From the NCBI GenBank assembly GCA_951406725.2, contig OX597822.1, forward strand, positions 28,396,001 through 28,460,000: 64,000 bases of DNA, in the 5' to 3' direction. Positions within the stretch are counted from its first letter, which is position 1, and each line of letters opens with the position of its first letter. The translations under genes were made by a program, and so were the position numbers. The stretch is from Octopus vulgaris (lineage: Eukaryota). The notes under the pieces are model-generated. The model did no database searches. It was given only the letters and a program-made list of their open reading frames with translations, and was not told where the DNA came from. Below are positions 26,895-38,390 of the stretch, piece by piece.

Positions 26895-28850
26895 ATGGAA
26901 ATATTTGTCACAAGCTTTCTAATGTTCATCTTACTGATAAACCACACAGTTCAAACATCAACTATAAACACAACTGAACCCTTCAATTGTCCACCAGCTT
27001 TGTGTTCTGAAAGCCCCAGGACAGACCGTTGTTCATGTCAGCAAGACTGCTATTTATACGATGAATGTTGTTCCGACCGTCTTAATCACACAGCTTCTGA
27101 CCTCGAGACTCCCTATCCCTCAATGTATTACAGCTGTAACAATATTAATGGTGGAACTTACTATCAATTTCACCGCTGTCCAAATAACTATGATGTAACG
27201 GAGCATGTGAACAACTGCGAAAATCCTAACTCAGACCAACAACTACATGATGTACCTGCTTTTGGTAAAATGAGTAAAAAACTCTATAGGAACTTATATT
27301 GTGCTCTCTGTCACGGAGAAGAATATATTTTGTGGAATGTTTCTAAACCATATTTCTCTGGGGATATGACTTTTAGTATCGAAAGTGTTGAAGTAGAAAA
27401 GCAAGTCTCTTCACGCGAAATTAACCAATATCTATACAAATGCGCTCCTTATATTTCAGAGTGTACGCTAAATAATCCCAATAAAACATTGGAGAATCTA
27501 TGCAAGAACAATGGTATGAGACTTGTTACCGCCAATAATACGGACTTTAGAAATATTTACTGTGCACTTTGCAATGGTTTTGAAATTTACGATATCCATT
27601 GCGACATATTATATGTTCATCCTCGTTTGGTGAATTTAGACAAACCTCTAACAGGCATTTTTGTTGTTTCTGTCAAATCTAAAGAAATGCAAAAGGAAAT
27701 TTCAATCAAGGATTCTTGTGTGAAAAATACTGTCTACGATATGAATACAAAGCAATGTCGACAAGTATCCTATAATTCTATTCTAAATTGTACTGCAACG
27801 AGATTAAATGAATCTGAATATCACATCACTAATGATGGTCTTCTATACTTAAATAATACCCATCGTTTGCTGAATCAATCAGATTTCGGCTTCGATGACG
27901 ATGGTACAATAATCATCTGTGTAAAAAATATTATCAATGTATTACGAAAGTATTCCGAAGCTGAATCTTATATCACGTTAGTAGGGCTTATATTTTCTAT
28001 CCCAGCTCTAGCAATCACTATTATAGTCTATCTCTGCATACCTGATCTCCGTACCTTACCAGGTAAATTACTCATTAGTCTTTTATCAGCATTGTTTGTA
28101 GCTGAGCTTCTCTTTCTTATCTCGTCACAAGTCACTGCATCTACAGTGTTGTGTAAATCTTTAGCTATAGTGAAACATTATTCTTTTCTAGCGAGTTTCT
28201 TCTGGATGAATGTTTTATCATTCGATGCCTCGTACACTTTCTCAGGACTTACACTACTTCGAAGTAAAGGGAAAGGTACCAAGAGATTTGTATTGTATTC
28301 TTTATATGCTTGGATCTGTCCACTTGTAATAGTAACAATATCGCTAATATTTGAGTACACACCTGGAAATCATGGACTTTCTCCAGAATATGGAATTGGC
28401 ATTTGCTGGATTACAAATGGTAAAAGTCTGCTATGGCTGTTTGCATTCCCTGTTATGCTCATTTTATGTCTTAATATAACAGCATTTATCCTCACTATCA
28501 GAGGACTATATATGGCTAGCAAACTTTCTGCGAAATATCTGAAAAAACATAACAATTTGGATTTCATTGTTTGTATAAAACTGTTTTTTATTATGGGACT
28601 TACATGGACATTTGCATTCCTGTATACTTTTACAAAAATCGAAGAATTCTCTCTAATATTTTGTATTTTAAATTCTTTTATTGGATTATTTATTTGTCTA
28701 TCATTTCTCTTCACAAAGATCGTCTGCCGCAATACGTTTAAAAGATTTCGTCATATTTCAAAATGGCTTCGCGCAGAATCGAGTGAGATATCTTCAACTT
28801 CTCAGAAAACTTTATCGACACAAATACCAACAAAAGTTTCGTTTGAATAG
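26895..28850 (+). CDS. Class B / Methuselah-like GPCR with SMB-like Cys-rich ectodomain, paralogue 1 (651 aa)
   Basis: Signal peptide; CSCQQDCYLYDECCSD (somatomedin-B-like); YRNLYCALCHG and FRNIYCALCNG repeats; 7 hydrophobic segments with LRTLPGK, HYSFLASFFWMN, YSLYAW.CP, PEYG..CWI; uninterrupted ORF. Confidence 0.93.
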   Translation: MEIFVTSFLMFILLINHTVQTSTINTTEPFNCPPALCSESPRTDRCSCQQDCYLYDECCSDRLNHTASDLETPYPSMYYSCNNINGGTYYQFHRCPNNYDVTEHVNNCENPNSDQQLHDVPAFGKMSKKLYRNLYCALCHGEEYILWNVSKPYFSGDMTFSIESVEVEKQVSSREINQYLYKCAPYISECTLNNPNKTLENLCKNNGMRLVTANNTDFRNIYCALCNGFEIYDIHCDILYVHPRLVNLDKPLTGIFVVSVKSKEMQKEISIKDSCVKNTVYDMNTKQCRQVSYNSILNCTATRLNESEYHITNDGLLYLNNTHRLLNQSDFGFDDDGTIIICVKNIINVLRKYSEAESYITLVGLIFSIPALAITIIVYLCIPDLRTLPGKLLISLLSALFVAELLFLISSQVTASTVLCKSLAIVKHYSFLASFFWMNVLSFDASYTFSGLTLLRSKGKGTKRFVLYSLYAWICPLVIVTISLIFEYTPGNHGLSPEYGIGICWITNGKSLLWLFAFPVMLILCLNITAFILTIRGLYMASKLSAKYLKKHNNLDFIVCIKLFFIMGLTWTFAFLYTFTKIEEFSLIFCILNSFIGLFICLSFLFTKIVCRNTFKRFRHISKWLRAESSEISSTSQKTLSTQIPTKVSFE

Positions 28851-29364
28851 TACACTTGTTGTTCGGAGAACGAAACGAACTTTATAGCATTTGATAAAAA
28901 GTGAAACAATATTTTCCGCTTTCGTAATGGGACAATATACTGACTATATATTCATTAATAATAATGCTTCATATTATGAATGTATTGACTGTACAAAATA
29001 ATCATGGTGTACGTATATGCATGAACTTCCATGTACTTATTGATACACATATATATATAGCGGTATCTATATGTATGTGTGCACGTATATCCTTGTAGCT
29101 GTATGCTTGTGCGGATGTGCGCGTGCACCTTTGCTCTTATTTGTTTTGACTGTTCGCATATGTGTTTATACTGTATATAAGAGTGAGAACGTATGAGTGT
29201 GTGATTGTGGGTGCGCGCACGCGAGGATGTAAGTCTGTGTGTGTACGAGACAACACCGCGTAAAAAGCAGGTGGTGCATAAGCATGAACTCAGCCCTCGG
29301 CTGAAACTAGTAAAAGATAAAAGATATATATATATATGCGTGTGTGTATGTATGTATATATATA

Positions 29365-29402
<38 letters not shown>

Positions 29403-29542
29403 CATACATATATATATATGTATATATATACATGAATATATATACATGAATATATATATATATATATTATTTAGAGATAGTAGTCCCCTTCATCACACTC
29501 CATATAAATGAATTTTAATTTAATACTTACTACTCATTTCTC

Positions 29543-29637
29543 AGCTACACGTGTTTCTTGAGGTTCTATTACGGTTTTTTAAGCACGCAGCGTTTTACAG
29601 GAACCTTTCTTAAAATGTAACCCCAATCATCAGGCCT
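29543..29637 (-). ncRNA. Hammerhead motif with enlarged stem II
   Basis: ggc-CTGATGA-TTGGGG...CCTCAA-GAAAC-acgt-GTA-gct; palindromic stem III ACACGTGT; 3 bp stem I. Confidence 0.55.
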
Positions 29638-30197
29638 CTAAGTAGCTTTATCATACTAAATCTTTATTTTAACACATAAATATGTGTATGTGTAAATATA
29701 TTCGCAGGACCTTACTATACAAGCTATAATTTAATTCAAATAGAATTAATAAAAATAAAATAATAAAAATAAAAGATAAAAGAATAAAAAATAAAAAATA
29801 ATAATTTACAAGACCTAAATTCTCACGTAACTTATGTCTATAAACATTCATATAAAATTAATAATATGTAGGGATAAAAATAAAATATATATTTCTGATG
29901 ATATGATAATGAAAGCAATGACAAATAAATATATTCAAATAAAAACTATAGTTAAAAGTGGACATCCACAAGTACGAAAAACAAAATGCAAAAAGAAAAT
30001 TTACAAATGATACGAATGATAGAAATTAGAAATTTACAAAGTAAAAATTAGAGTTTAATAACTTAAGGGTAATGTAAAAGAATTGTTGTAAAATATATGT
30101 ACAAAATACCGTTGACTACCATGGACGTTAACGTCGCAAGGCTCGGCGAACATCTACACATCCACCTACTTCCTGCTACTTTTAAACTATTACTTAT

Positions 30198-30292
30198 AAA
30201 CCTGATGATTGGGGTTATATTTTAAGAAAGGTTCCTGTAAAAACTGCGTGATTAAGGAACCGTAAAAGACCCTCAAGAAACACGTGTAGCTG
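30198..30292 (+). ncRNA. Hammerhead motif with enlarged stem II
   Basis: CTGATGA (30202-30208), TTGGGG/CCTCAA stem enclosing a GGTTCCT/AGGAACC hairpin, GAAAC (30277-30281), GTA (30286-30288); stem I weak. Confidence 0.5.
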
Positions 30293-30436
30293 AGAAATGA
30301 ATAGTAAGTATTAAATTAAAATTATTTTATATGGTGTGATGAAGGAGGACTACTATCTCTAAATAACATATATATTTCCCCATTGAGAATAACTTGAACC
30401 CCTGTGATGCCGGAATTTTTATTCCCTAATAAATAA

Positions 30437-30479
<43 letters not shown>

Positions 30480-31375
30480 TATATAAGTATATAAATATAC
30501 ATTCACAAGTTCCTCATATAGCATCTGCTAAGTGTTTCTGCTATCCTTCATTCTAAAGTTATTTCCTTAAGTACTAATGCACAAGTGGTGTTACTGAAGT
30601 AGTTTGTGGCTCATTAGAAAGTGCTGAAAGTTGCCTTCGATACATAAAGATGTGTCGTGAATGCCATACATTGTTAGTGCTGTGTACGAGGTAATCTCCA
30701 GAAATCCATGGTCGGGGCTAATTGTTACAATATATCAACTTACCCCAGGCATATAACGACTTACTCCTTCTATTTCAGTTTAACATGCCATGTCTAGAAA
30801 TTACAAAAGGAAAACTACAAGTGGTGGGGTACCCCTCCTGATGTTATAGAGAGAGCCGCTAGAAAAGTTGTGGATGAAAAGAAGTCATTACGGGATGTTA
30901 CCGCAAACTAGCGCACAGTGGATGAAATAAACGAACGGAAATACAAACCAAAGAAGGCAACTGGCGCAGAAAAGCAACAAAGGGGAAGGGGAAGTCAACG
31001 AAAACAGGCATATCAGTAGAGGTAACAATCGTTGGGTTATTGCCCTAATAACTCTTTTGTATCCCAACGTTATACATTCCCAAACGTAATACTTAGTTAT
31101 AATTATGATATGTACCATCTAGATGTCAATCCAAGTAACACCTAATATTGTGAAAGATTTATTAACAAAACTTCTTTAGGCATATAACTAATGATTTAGA
31201 TTTATTGAACTGATAGCCTTTTAGAAATATAGTTAAAATGGCAGTTTGTAATAAGAATATCGATGTATACCAAAGGCCTGATGTTAAGGATATTCGCACG
31301 GAACAATTGATAAGGCTATTGATATGAATACTTAAAACATATCCTTGTGTAATATTATACTCTAGTACAGTACAT

Positions 31376-31400
31376 ATTTTTTCCTTTATCTACAGGTATA
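31376..31400 (+). promoter_or_regulatory. Putative splice acceptor, GPCR 2 (AG at 31394-31395)
   Basis: TTTTTTCCTTTATCTACAG|GTATAC, 205 nt before the ATG. Confidence 0.65.
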
Positions 31401-31600
31401 CAAAATTTGAACTCCAATTCCTCAATGTTTCAGATTGCAAAAAGTTTGCATTGTCCTCAAAGTCAAATCTAAAAGTGAAAGCGAAATATTTAATCTTGGG
31501 GATTAATTTATTAACGTCAGCATTTCTCACGGATTGTTCTATCAAAGACAAGCTAAGATATAATTACCAGAAATAAATTATTGTTTTTTGACAAGACATA

Positions 31601-33550
31601 ATGGAAATATTTGTCACAGGCTTTCTAATGTTCATCTTACTGATAAACCACACAGTTCAAACATCAACTATAAACACAACTGAACCCTTCAATTGTCCAC
31701 CAGTTTTGTGTTCTGAAAGCCCCTGGACAGAACGCTGTTCATGTCAGCAAGACTGCTATTTATACGATGAATGTTGTTCCGACCGTCTTAATTACACAGC
31801 TTCTGACCTCGAGACTCCCTATCCCTCAATGTATTACAGCTGTAACAATATTAATGGTGGAAATTATTATCAATTTCACCGCTGTCCAAATAACTATGAT
31901 GTAACGGAGCATGTGAACAACTGTGAAAATCCTAACTCAGACCAACAACTACATGATGTACCTGCTTTTGGTAAAACGAGTAAACAACTCTATAGGAACT
32001 TATATTGTGCTCTCTGTCACGGAGAAGAATATATTTTGTGGAATGTTTCTTACCCATATTTCGCTGGGGATATGACTTTCAGTATCGAAAGCGTTGAGGT
32101 AGAAAAGCAAGTCTCTTCACGCGAAATTAACCAATATCTATACAAATGCGCTCCTTATATTTCAGAGTGTACGCTAAATAATCCCAATAAAACATTGGAG
32201 AATCTATGCAAGAACAATGGTATGAGTCTTGTTACCGCCAATAATACGGACTTTAGAAATATTTACTGTGCACTTTGCAATGGTTTTGAAATTGACGATA
32301 TCCATTGCGACATACCAAATCCTTCTTTTCTGGATATAGACATAACTCTAACGGACATTTTTGATGCCTCTGACAAATCTAAAGAAATGCAAAAGGAAAT
32401 TTTAATCAAGGATTCTTGTGTGAAAAATACTGTCTACGATAAGAATACAAAGCAATGTCGACAAGTATCCTATAATTCTACTCTAAATTGTACTGCAACG
32501 AGATTAAATGTATCTGAGTATTACATCACTAATGATGGTCTTCTCTACCTGAATAATACTCATCGTTTGCTGAATCAATCAGATTTCGGCTTCGATGAAG
32601 ATGGTACAATAATTATCTGTGTAAAAAATATTATCAATGTATTACGAAAGTATTCCGAAGCTGAATCTTATATCACGTTAGTAGGGCTTATATTTTCTAT
32701 CCCAGCTCTAGCAATCACTATTATGGTCTATCTCTGTATACCTGCTCTCCGTACCTTACCAGGTAAATTACTCATTAGTCTTTTATCAGCATTATTTGTA
32801 GCTGAGCTTCTCTTTCTTATCTCATCACAAGTCACTGCATCTACAGTTCTGTGTAAATCTTTAGCTATAATGATACATTATTCTTTTCTAGCGAGTTTCT
32901 TCTGGATGAATGTTTTATCATTCGATGCCTCGTACACTTTCTCAGGATTCACACAACTTCGAAATAAAGGAAATAGTACCAAGAGATTTGTATTGTATTC
33001 TTTGTATGCTTGGATCTGTCCACTTGTAATAGTAACAATATCACTGATATTTGAGTACACACCTGGAAATCATGGTCTTTCTCCAGAATATGGAAATGGC
33101 ATTTGCTGGATTACAAATGGTAAAAGTCTGCTATGGTTGTTTGCATTCCCTGTTATGCTCATTTTATGTCTTAATATAACAGCATTTATCCTCACTACCA
33201 GAGGGCTATATATGGCTAGCAAACTTTCTGCGAAATATCTGAAAAAACATAACAAATTGGATTTCATTGTTTGTATAAAATTATTTTTTATTATGGGACT
33301 TACATGGACATTTGCATTCCTGTATACCTTTACAAAAATCGAAGAATTCTCTCTAATATTTTGTATTTTAAATTCTTTTATTGGATTATTTATTTGTCTA
33401 TCATTTCTCTTCACAAAGATCGTCTGCCGCAATATATTTAAAAGATTTCGTCATATTTCAAAATGGCCTTCCACCAAATCGAGTGAGATATCTTCAACTT
33501 CTCGGAGAACATTATCAATGCAAATACCTACAAAAGTTACTTTTGAATAG
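31601..33550 (+). CDS. Methuselah-like GPCR paralogue 2 (649 aa)
   Basis: Same architecture; closest to paralogue 1 along its full length. Confidence 0.93.
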   Translation: MEIFVTGFLMFILLINHTVQTSTINTTEPFNCPPVLCSESPWTERCSCQQDCYLYDECCSDRLNYTASDLETPYPSMYYSCNNINGGNYYQFHRCPNNYDVTEHVNNCENPNSDQQLHDVPAFGKTSKQLYRNLYCALCHGEEYILWNVSYPYFAGDMTFSIESVEVEKQVSSREINQYLYKCAPYISECTLNNPNKTLENLCKNNGMSLVTANNTDFRNIYCALCNGFEIDDIHCDIPNPSFLDIDITLTDIFDASDKSKEMQKEILIKDSCVKNTVYDKNTKQCRQVSYNSTLNCTATRLNVSEYYITNDGLLYLNNTHRLLNQSDFGFDEDGTIIICVKNIINVLRKYSEAESYITLVGLIFSIPALAITIMVYLCIPALRTLPGKLLISLLSALFVAELLFLISSQVTASTVLCKSLAIMIHYSFLASFFWMNVLSFDASYTFSGFTQLRNKGNSTKRFVLYSLYAWICPLVIVTISLIFEYTPGNHGLSPEYGNGICWITNGKSLLWLFAFPVMLILCLNITAFILTTRGLYMASKLSAKYLKKHNKLDFIVCIKLFFIMGLTWTFAFLYTFTKIEEFSLIFCILNSFIGLFICLSFLFTKIVCRNIFKRFRHISKWPSTKSSEISSTSRRTLSMQIPTKVTFE

Positions 33551-33799
33551 TACAAGAAATGTTGTTCCGTGAACGAAACGAATTTTATTGTTCTTGAAGC
33601 AAACAAAGTCTAACAATATTAACAGCCACTATGATGAGACAATATACCCAGTATGTTTATCAATTATAAATTTTCATATTTTAAATGTATTGTCTGTACA
33701 AGTCAAGCGTCTAGATGTAGGCACGTGTACGTACTTATATGTAAGTATTGATACATATATTAGTGTACATATATATATATCATTATCATCATCATGATG

Positions 33800-35080
33800 A
33801 ATACCTTAAAGTCCATTCTGGTCTATGACGATTCCTTCTCAGTGAAGCATGATGGCGATCTATTTTTCGATTTCTCTATAGGGAATTTTAACGAGGTTTA
33901 AATCATTAAAACCCTCAAGTGGCGTAGCCATTCACATAGGTTGGCCCTCTAGAGGGATGAGAGCCTGGCTATCTTAAGCCATATGAATAGCCATACCATG
34001 GACCAAGTGGCGTAGCCATTCACATAGGTTGGCCCTCTAGAGGGATGAGAGCCTGGCTATCTCAAGCCATATGAATAGCCATACCATGGACAGGTTCAGG
34101 AAAGACTTGATAAAAATTTTCACAGAGTTCTGTCTGTCCCTACAGTTTACCACCAAACTGACTACAGTCGACCTAAACACGGGCAAGTACTACTCCTACA
34201 GGAAGCCTACAGTATACATCTACAAGATCCCAAAACCCCTACCCCGCTGTAATTAGAAACCTTATTTCAGGCATTAGCAAATGCGTACCTAAACTCTCGT
34301 CCAGCATGGAGATCTCTAATAGGACCTCCGCGCACCACAATGACGCTTTCGCTAGAAGTGGTTTTGCGATAAGCTCACGTGTGTGGACAATCCCCAAACC
34401 CACTCTCCTCACTCCAAGGGAATTAGGAAAAAGAAGATTATCTAGTATAACCGCACCCCATTCAACCTAGAAGTTCCTACTAACGTAGACATGGGTTTCC
34501 TGTCTTTGTCTAAGAAACGTTTCTCCAGAAGCCATACTTATAACAAACTCTTCAACCTCTATAATGTCAACGTGAGCTACTCCTGCTTAGAAAACATTGC
34601 ATCTAAAATCGTACGGATCAACAGACGTAAAAATGCACCCGCATAAACCTCAACCCCAACCTGAAACTTCCGAAACTCCATTCCCTGTCCCTTAGAATGA
34701 TCCTGCCTCTCAAGTGCTATAGTATACAGGGTCACCATTATACCATCCGATGACGTCACTAGGCACTATTCGGGTATGACAGCCCAATGGTATTCCCAGC
34801 ACACGCTCTCATTTAGATCCAAGGACAGAGAGAATTCCAATTAACTGTCGCGCTTTCACTGGAAACTCCGTGACCTACGAGACAAAACAGCCAGCATGAA
34901 AAGGGCTGTTCTCTCCAGAGCGCCACCATAGTCAGCCGACTTCCCTAATTGCCAGCATTGCCTCCGCGAAAAATTGCACATCCTCTACTAACGCGCAGTT
35001 TCTATCAACAAGGAATACGGTCTATGCTATTGGTCTCACTAGAGGTATGCCCTTCTACTAAATTTCAAGCCACTGGCCGC
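33800..35080 (+). mobile_element. Decayed Penelope-like retroelement (RT + GIY-YIG)
   Basis: Remnants RDESLAILSHMNSHTMDRFRKDLIKIF (YRDD region), DLNTGKYYSYRKP, PFNLEVPTNV, NKLFNLYNVNVSYSC, CPL..CLSSAIVYRVT...HYSGMT; many stops and frameshifts; 88 bp tandem duplication at 33916-34091. Confidence 0.8.
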
Positions 35081-35489
35081 CGAGAACTCGGATGCACCCC
35101 CTTAGTACCATCTGTTCCCTTGCACCGGTTGCATCAAGGTCACCGTCACCAACTAACCCCCATGTGCAGAGCTGCTAACTACCAATCTCCAATGCTTGCT
35201 AATACCTGTCTACCCGCATTCTCCCACATATAACTATCCACTTGTACTTCCCACTATACCAATGCTCGGACAACACCACAGACCAAACACGAATAAATAG
35301 GGAAAGTAATCTTATTCAAAAATACAGACCACAACTAAACATACTCTAACATACCCACCAGGCACACATCCAAAACAAACACACAAAGACACACGTACAC
35401 TCGCACCGTATCATGCAAGCAGACACATGCACGCATCAGCACACATAGGGCACACTAGCAGACATTGACCACACACATACGCGGCACAC

Positions 35490-35789
35490 ACACGCATGTA
35501 TTATATATATGTATGTTATGTATGTATGTGTGTGTTGTGTGTGTGTGCGTGTGCGTTGTGTGTATGTGTGTGTGTATGCATTGTGTGTGTGTATGTATTT
35601 ATATGTGTATATATGTTGGATATATGTATATATGTGTGTATTGTATATATATGTATGTGTATGCATTGTATATGTGTATATGTGAATGCATTGTGTGTGT
35701 GTGTGTAGTATGTATATGTATATGTGTGTGTACGTTATATGTATGCATATTGTGTGTGTGTGTCTGCATTATATATATGTGTATGTATA

Positions 35790-35829
<40 letters not shown>

Positions 35830-36102
35830 TTGTGTATATGTATATTATATGTATGTGTGTTGTATATGTATGTGTACATTATGTGTATATGTATGTGTAT
35901 ATATGCATTGTATATATGTATATTGTATGTGTGTTGTATATACATGTATACATGTATATACATTATATGCATATATATGTATGCATTGTGTATGTGTATG
36001 TTATGTGTATATATGTTATATGTATGTGTATATGTATATATATACATTGTATGTATGTATATTGTGTGTATATGTGGTATATTTATGTATGTGTATGTAA
36101 AC

Positions 36103-36143
<41 letters not shown>

Positions 36144-36465
36144 ATGCATTGTCTATATATATACATTATATGTATGTATTGTGTATATATGTTATATGTA
36201 TATATGTGTTAGGTGTATATGTGTTGTATATATATTGTGTAGGTGTATGTGTGTGTGTTGTGTGTGTGTTATATGTGTGTGTGTTGTGTGTGTGTGTTAT
36301 ATATATGTATATTATATATATATATGTTATATTTGTGTGTTGTGTGTGTGTGTATTGTATGTGTGTGTGTTGTGTGTGTGTGTGTGTCTGATGTGTGTGT
36401 GTGTGGTATGTATATGTATGATGTGTGTGTGTGTATGTATATATATGTATATGTAGTGTGTGTGT
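35490..36465. repeat. Degenerate (GT/AT)n low-complexity tract
   Basis: Directly visible. Confidence 0.9.
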
Positions 36466-36938
36466 ATGGCCCGCACACACGCGTAGACGCGTGTGTGCAT
36501 GTATATACGCACACAGGGACGCGTGCACCCACGCTGTGTGCACGCACACACACGGGCACATACTCAGTGCCAACACACGCAGGGCACATGTGCACGGATG
36601 CACCCAACAGACATGGACACGCATGCGAGCCGACACATGCACACTAGCGCACGCGCAGCACACTGATGGACATTAACCACACACATACGCGCACACACGC
36701 GCACACGGGGGGCACACATATACACACACCATCCTACCCCAAAAAATTCTTTAAACAACACACATCTATTTACACCACCCTGGAACCAATCAAAAACAAC
36801 CCCCACACACACACAGACACATGTATACATATATATGCACACACACAGGGACACACACACTCACACCAATCTCACCTCCATACAGACACACATATACACA
36901 CGCAGCACCATGCCAAATGCCATCCACACACATACATG

Positions 36939-36970
<32 letters not shown>

Positions 36971-37809
36971 ACACCAAGACAACCACACACGCGGTTGACA
37001 AACAGACACCATCCTACCAAATCTTACAGACACATAGACACATCTATTCACACCACATATGTATGTATGCACACACACATACACACAAAGACACACACAT
37101 TCACCTCATCCTGACCCCAAAATCATTGATGCTTGAAGGAGAGCCAAAAAAACAAAAGAAGAAAAAAAGGGTACATCTTTTCAGTTCCATATTTCCCCTA
37201 AAACGGACAGGTTAGTTTTAACTTCACCACTATTTTAATGTAAATCTTTTTGAACTCATAATATTCTGTATGTGTATACTGAACCTTTTTTAATAATTCC
37301 TCCTGGAAATTACCTTGAGATGTATAATATATTTGTTTTAACCTTTTCTGCCCATTATTTCAATGAGCTTGTTAAACTTTTTTATATTCTCAACATACTG
37401 TTGTCACCAAAGAATGTATAATTATATGGATTATAGTACTCTGTGTCAACCAATATTCTGTGCATGTTTGAATATACAGATACAATACCAATATCAATTC
37501 CTTCTGGAAACTATCTTCAGTATGTCCTTGAGAACGATTATTTATGTAATCTTTTGTGCCCAATATTTTAAGGAACTTGTTGAACTTTTTTATGTCCTTA
37601 ACATGTTCCTGTTACCAAAGACTTTATATAAGTAATGTAGCAATTTGCAACAACCAATAATTAACGCAACCAAACTTCCACATGTTACTTTTGACAATCT
37701 TTTTCCAAAGAGTGAAACCGGTAAAGTAAATAAACATCTTTTAAATTGCATTTTCAAACCTTCTTTCGTATATAATTCCACTCGTGCGGTACCCCACAAC
37801 TCCACTTTG

Positions 37810-37867
<58 letters not shown>

Positions 37868-37929
37868 CAAAATCCAACACACATACGCAAGGAGTGTGTT
37901 GTCAACTCGTGGTTCGGCTGCGTTTTATG

Positions 37930-38390
37930 CATAAGAGAATATATTCTCTATACTCTTGGTGTTAAACACCTGAAAGTAAGTCATAAGCAAGCGAGACATC
38001 TCATAGCAAGTTCCTTCTCGAAGCGATAGACATCGAGGTTTGCTCATTGTTGTGACTTTTCAATCCCTCGTACCGAACTAAGCCATATCGCCGAGTATGA
38101 CTATATGCTAAACGGTTTACAAACCATCTGCTGGTATGTCCCAACGTTTCATGCCATAGAAAATATTCAAATATGAATTAGAAGCATCCCGAGATATATA
38201 AACAAAATCGAACACACACACGGGAAACGTAAGAGGATATATTCTCAATGCGCCTGGTATTAAAAATACCCGGAAGTAAATCATAGGCAAGGAAGACAAC
38301 TCACATCAGGTCCCTTTTCCGAACGACATACACCGATGTTTCGTCATTATTGTGACTCTTCAGTGCCTCGTACCGAACAAGGCCTGTATA
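37930..38390 (-). repeat. Diverged direct repeats with ~300 bp period carrying hammerhead motifs
   Basis: 37981 TCATAAGCAAGCGAGACATCTCA aligns with 38281 TCATAGGCAAGGAAGACAACTCA; both continue to CCTCGTACCGAAC. Confidence 0.75.
38325..38367 (-). ncRNA. Apparently intact minimal type I hammerhead ribozyme
   Basis: GGCA-CTGAAGA-GTCA-caataa-TGAC-GAAAC-atcggt-GTA-TGTC: stem I (4 bp), core, stem II (4 bp), near-palindromic stem III, GUA cleavage triplet. Confidence 0.7.

Larger units (their letters stand above)
29461..30375. mobile_element. Element with ~190 bp inverted arms, each carrying a hammerhead motif (Penelope pseudo-LTR-like)
   Basis: 29461-29650 is the reverse complement of 30181-30375; both contain CTGATGA...GAAACACGTGTA. 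Confidence 0.75.

Noticed and set aside
28178-28732. Antisense ORFs recurring in each GPCR (also 32878-33432, 41756-42352, 45373-45771, 61679-61990)
   Set aside because: Recurrence is explained by paralogy of the sense 7TM coding sequence; no independent evidence.
26895-28850. Calling the receptors true adhesion GPCRs or assigning a gene symbol
   Set aside because: No GPS consensus (C-x-C-x-H-L-T/S-x-F) before TM1; orthology cannot be judged without a search.
35436-37215. Many overlapping ORFs up to 256 aa (Cys/Val/Tyr/His/Thr-rich)
   Set aside because: Translations of degenerate dinucleotide repeats.
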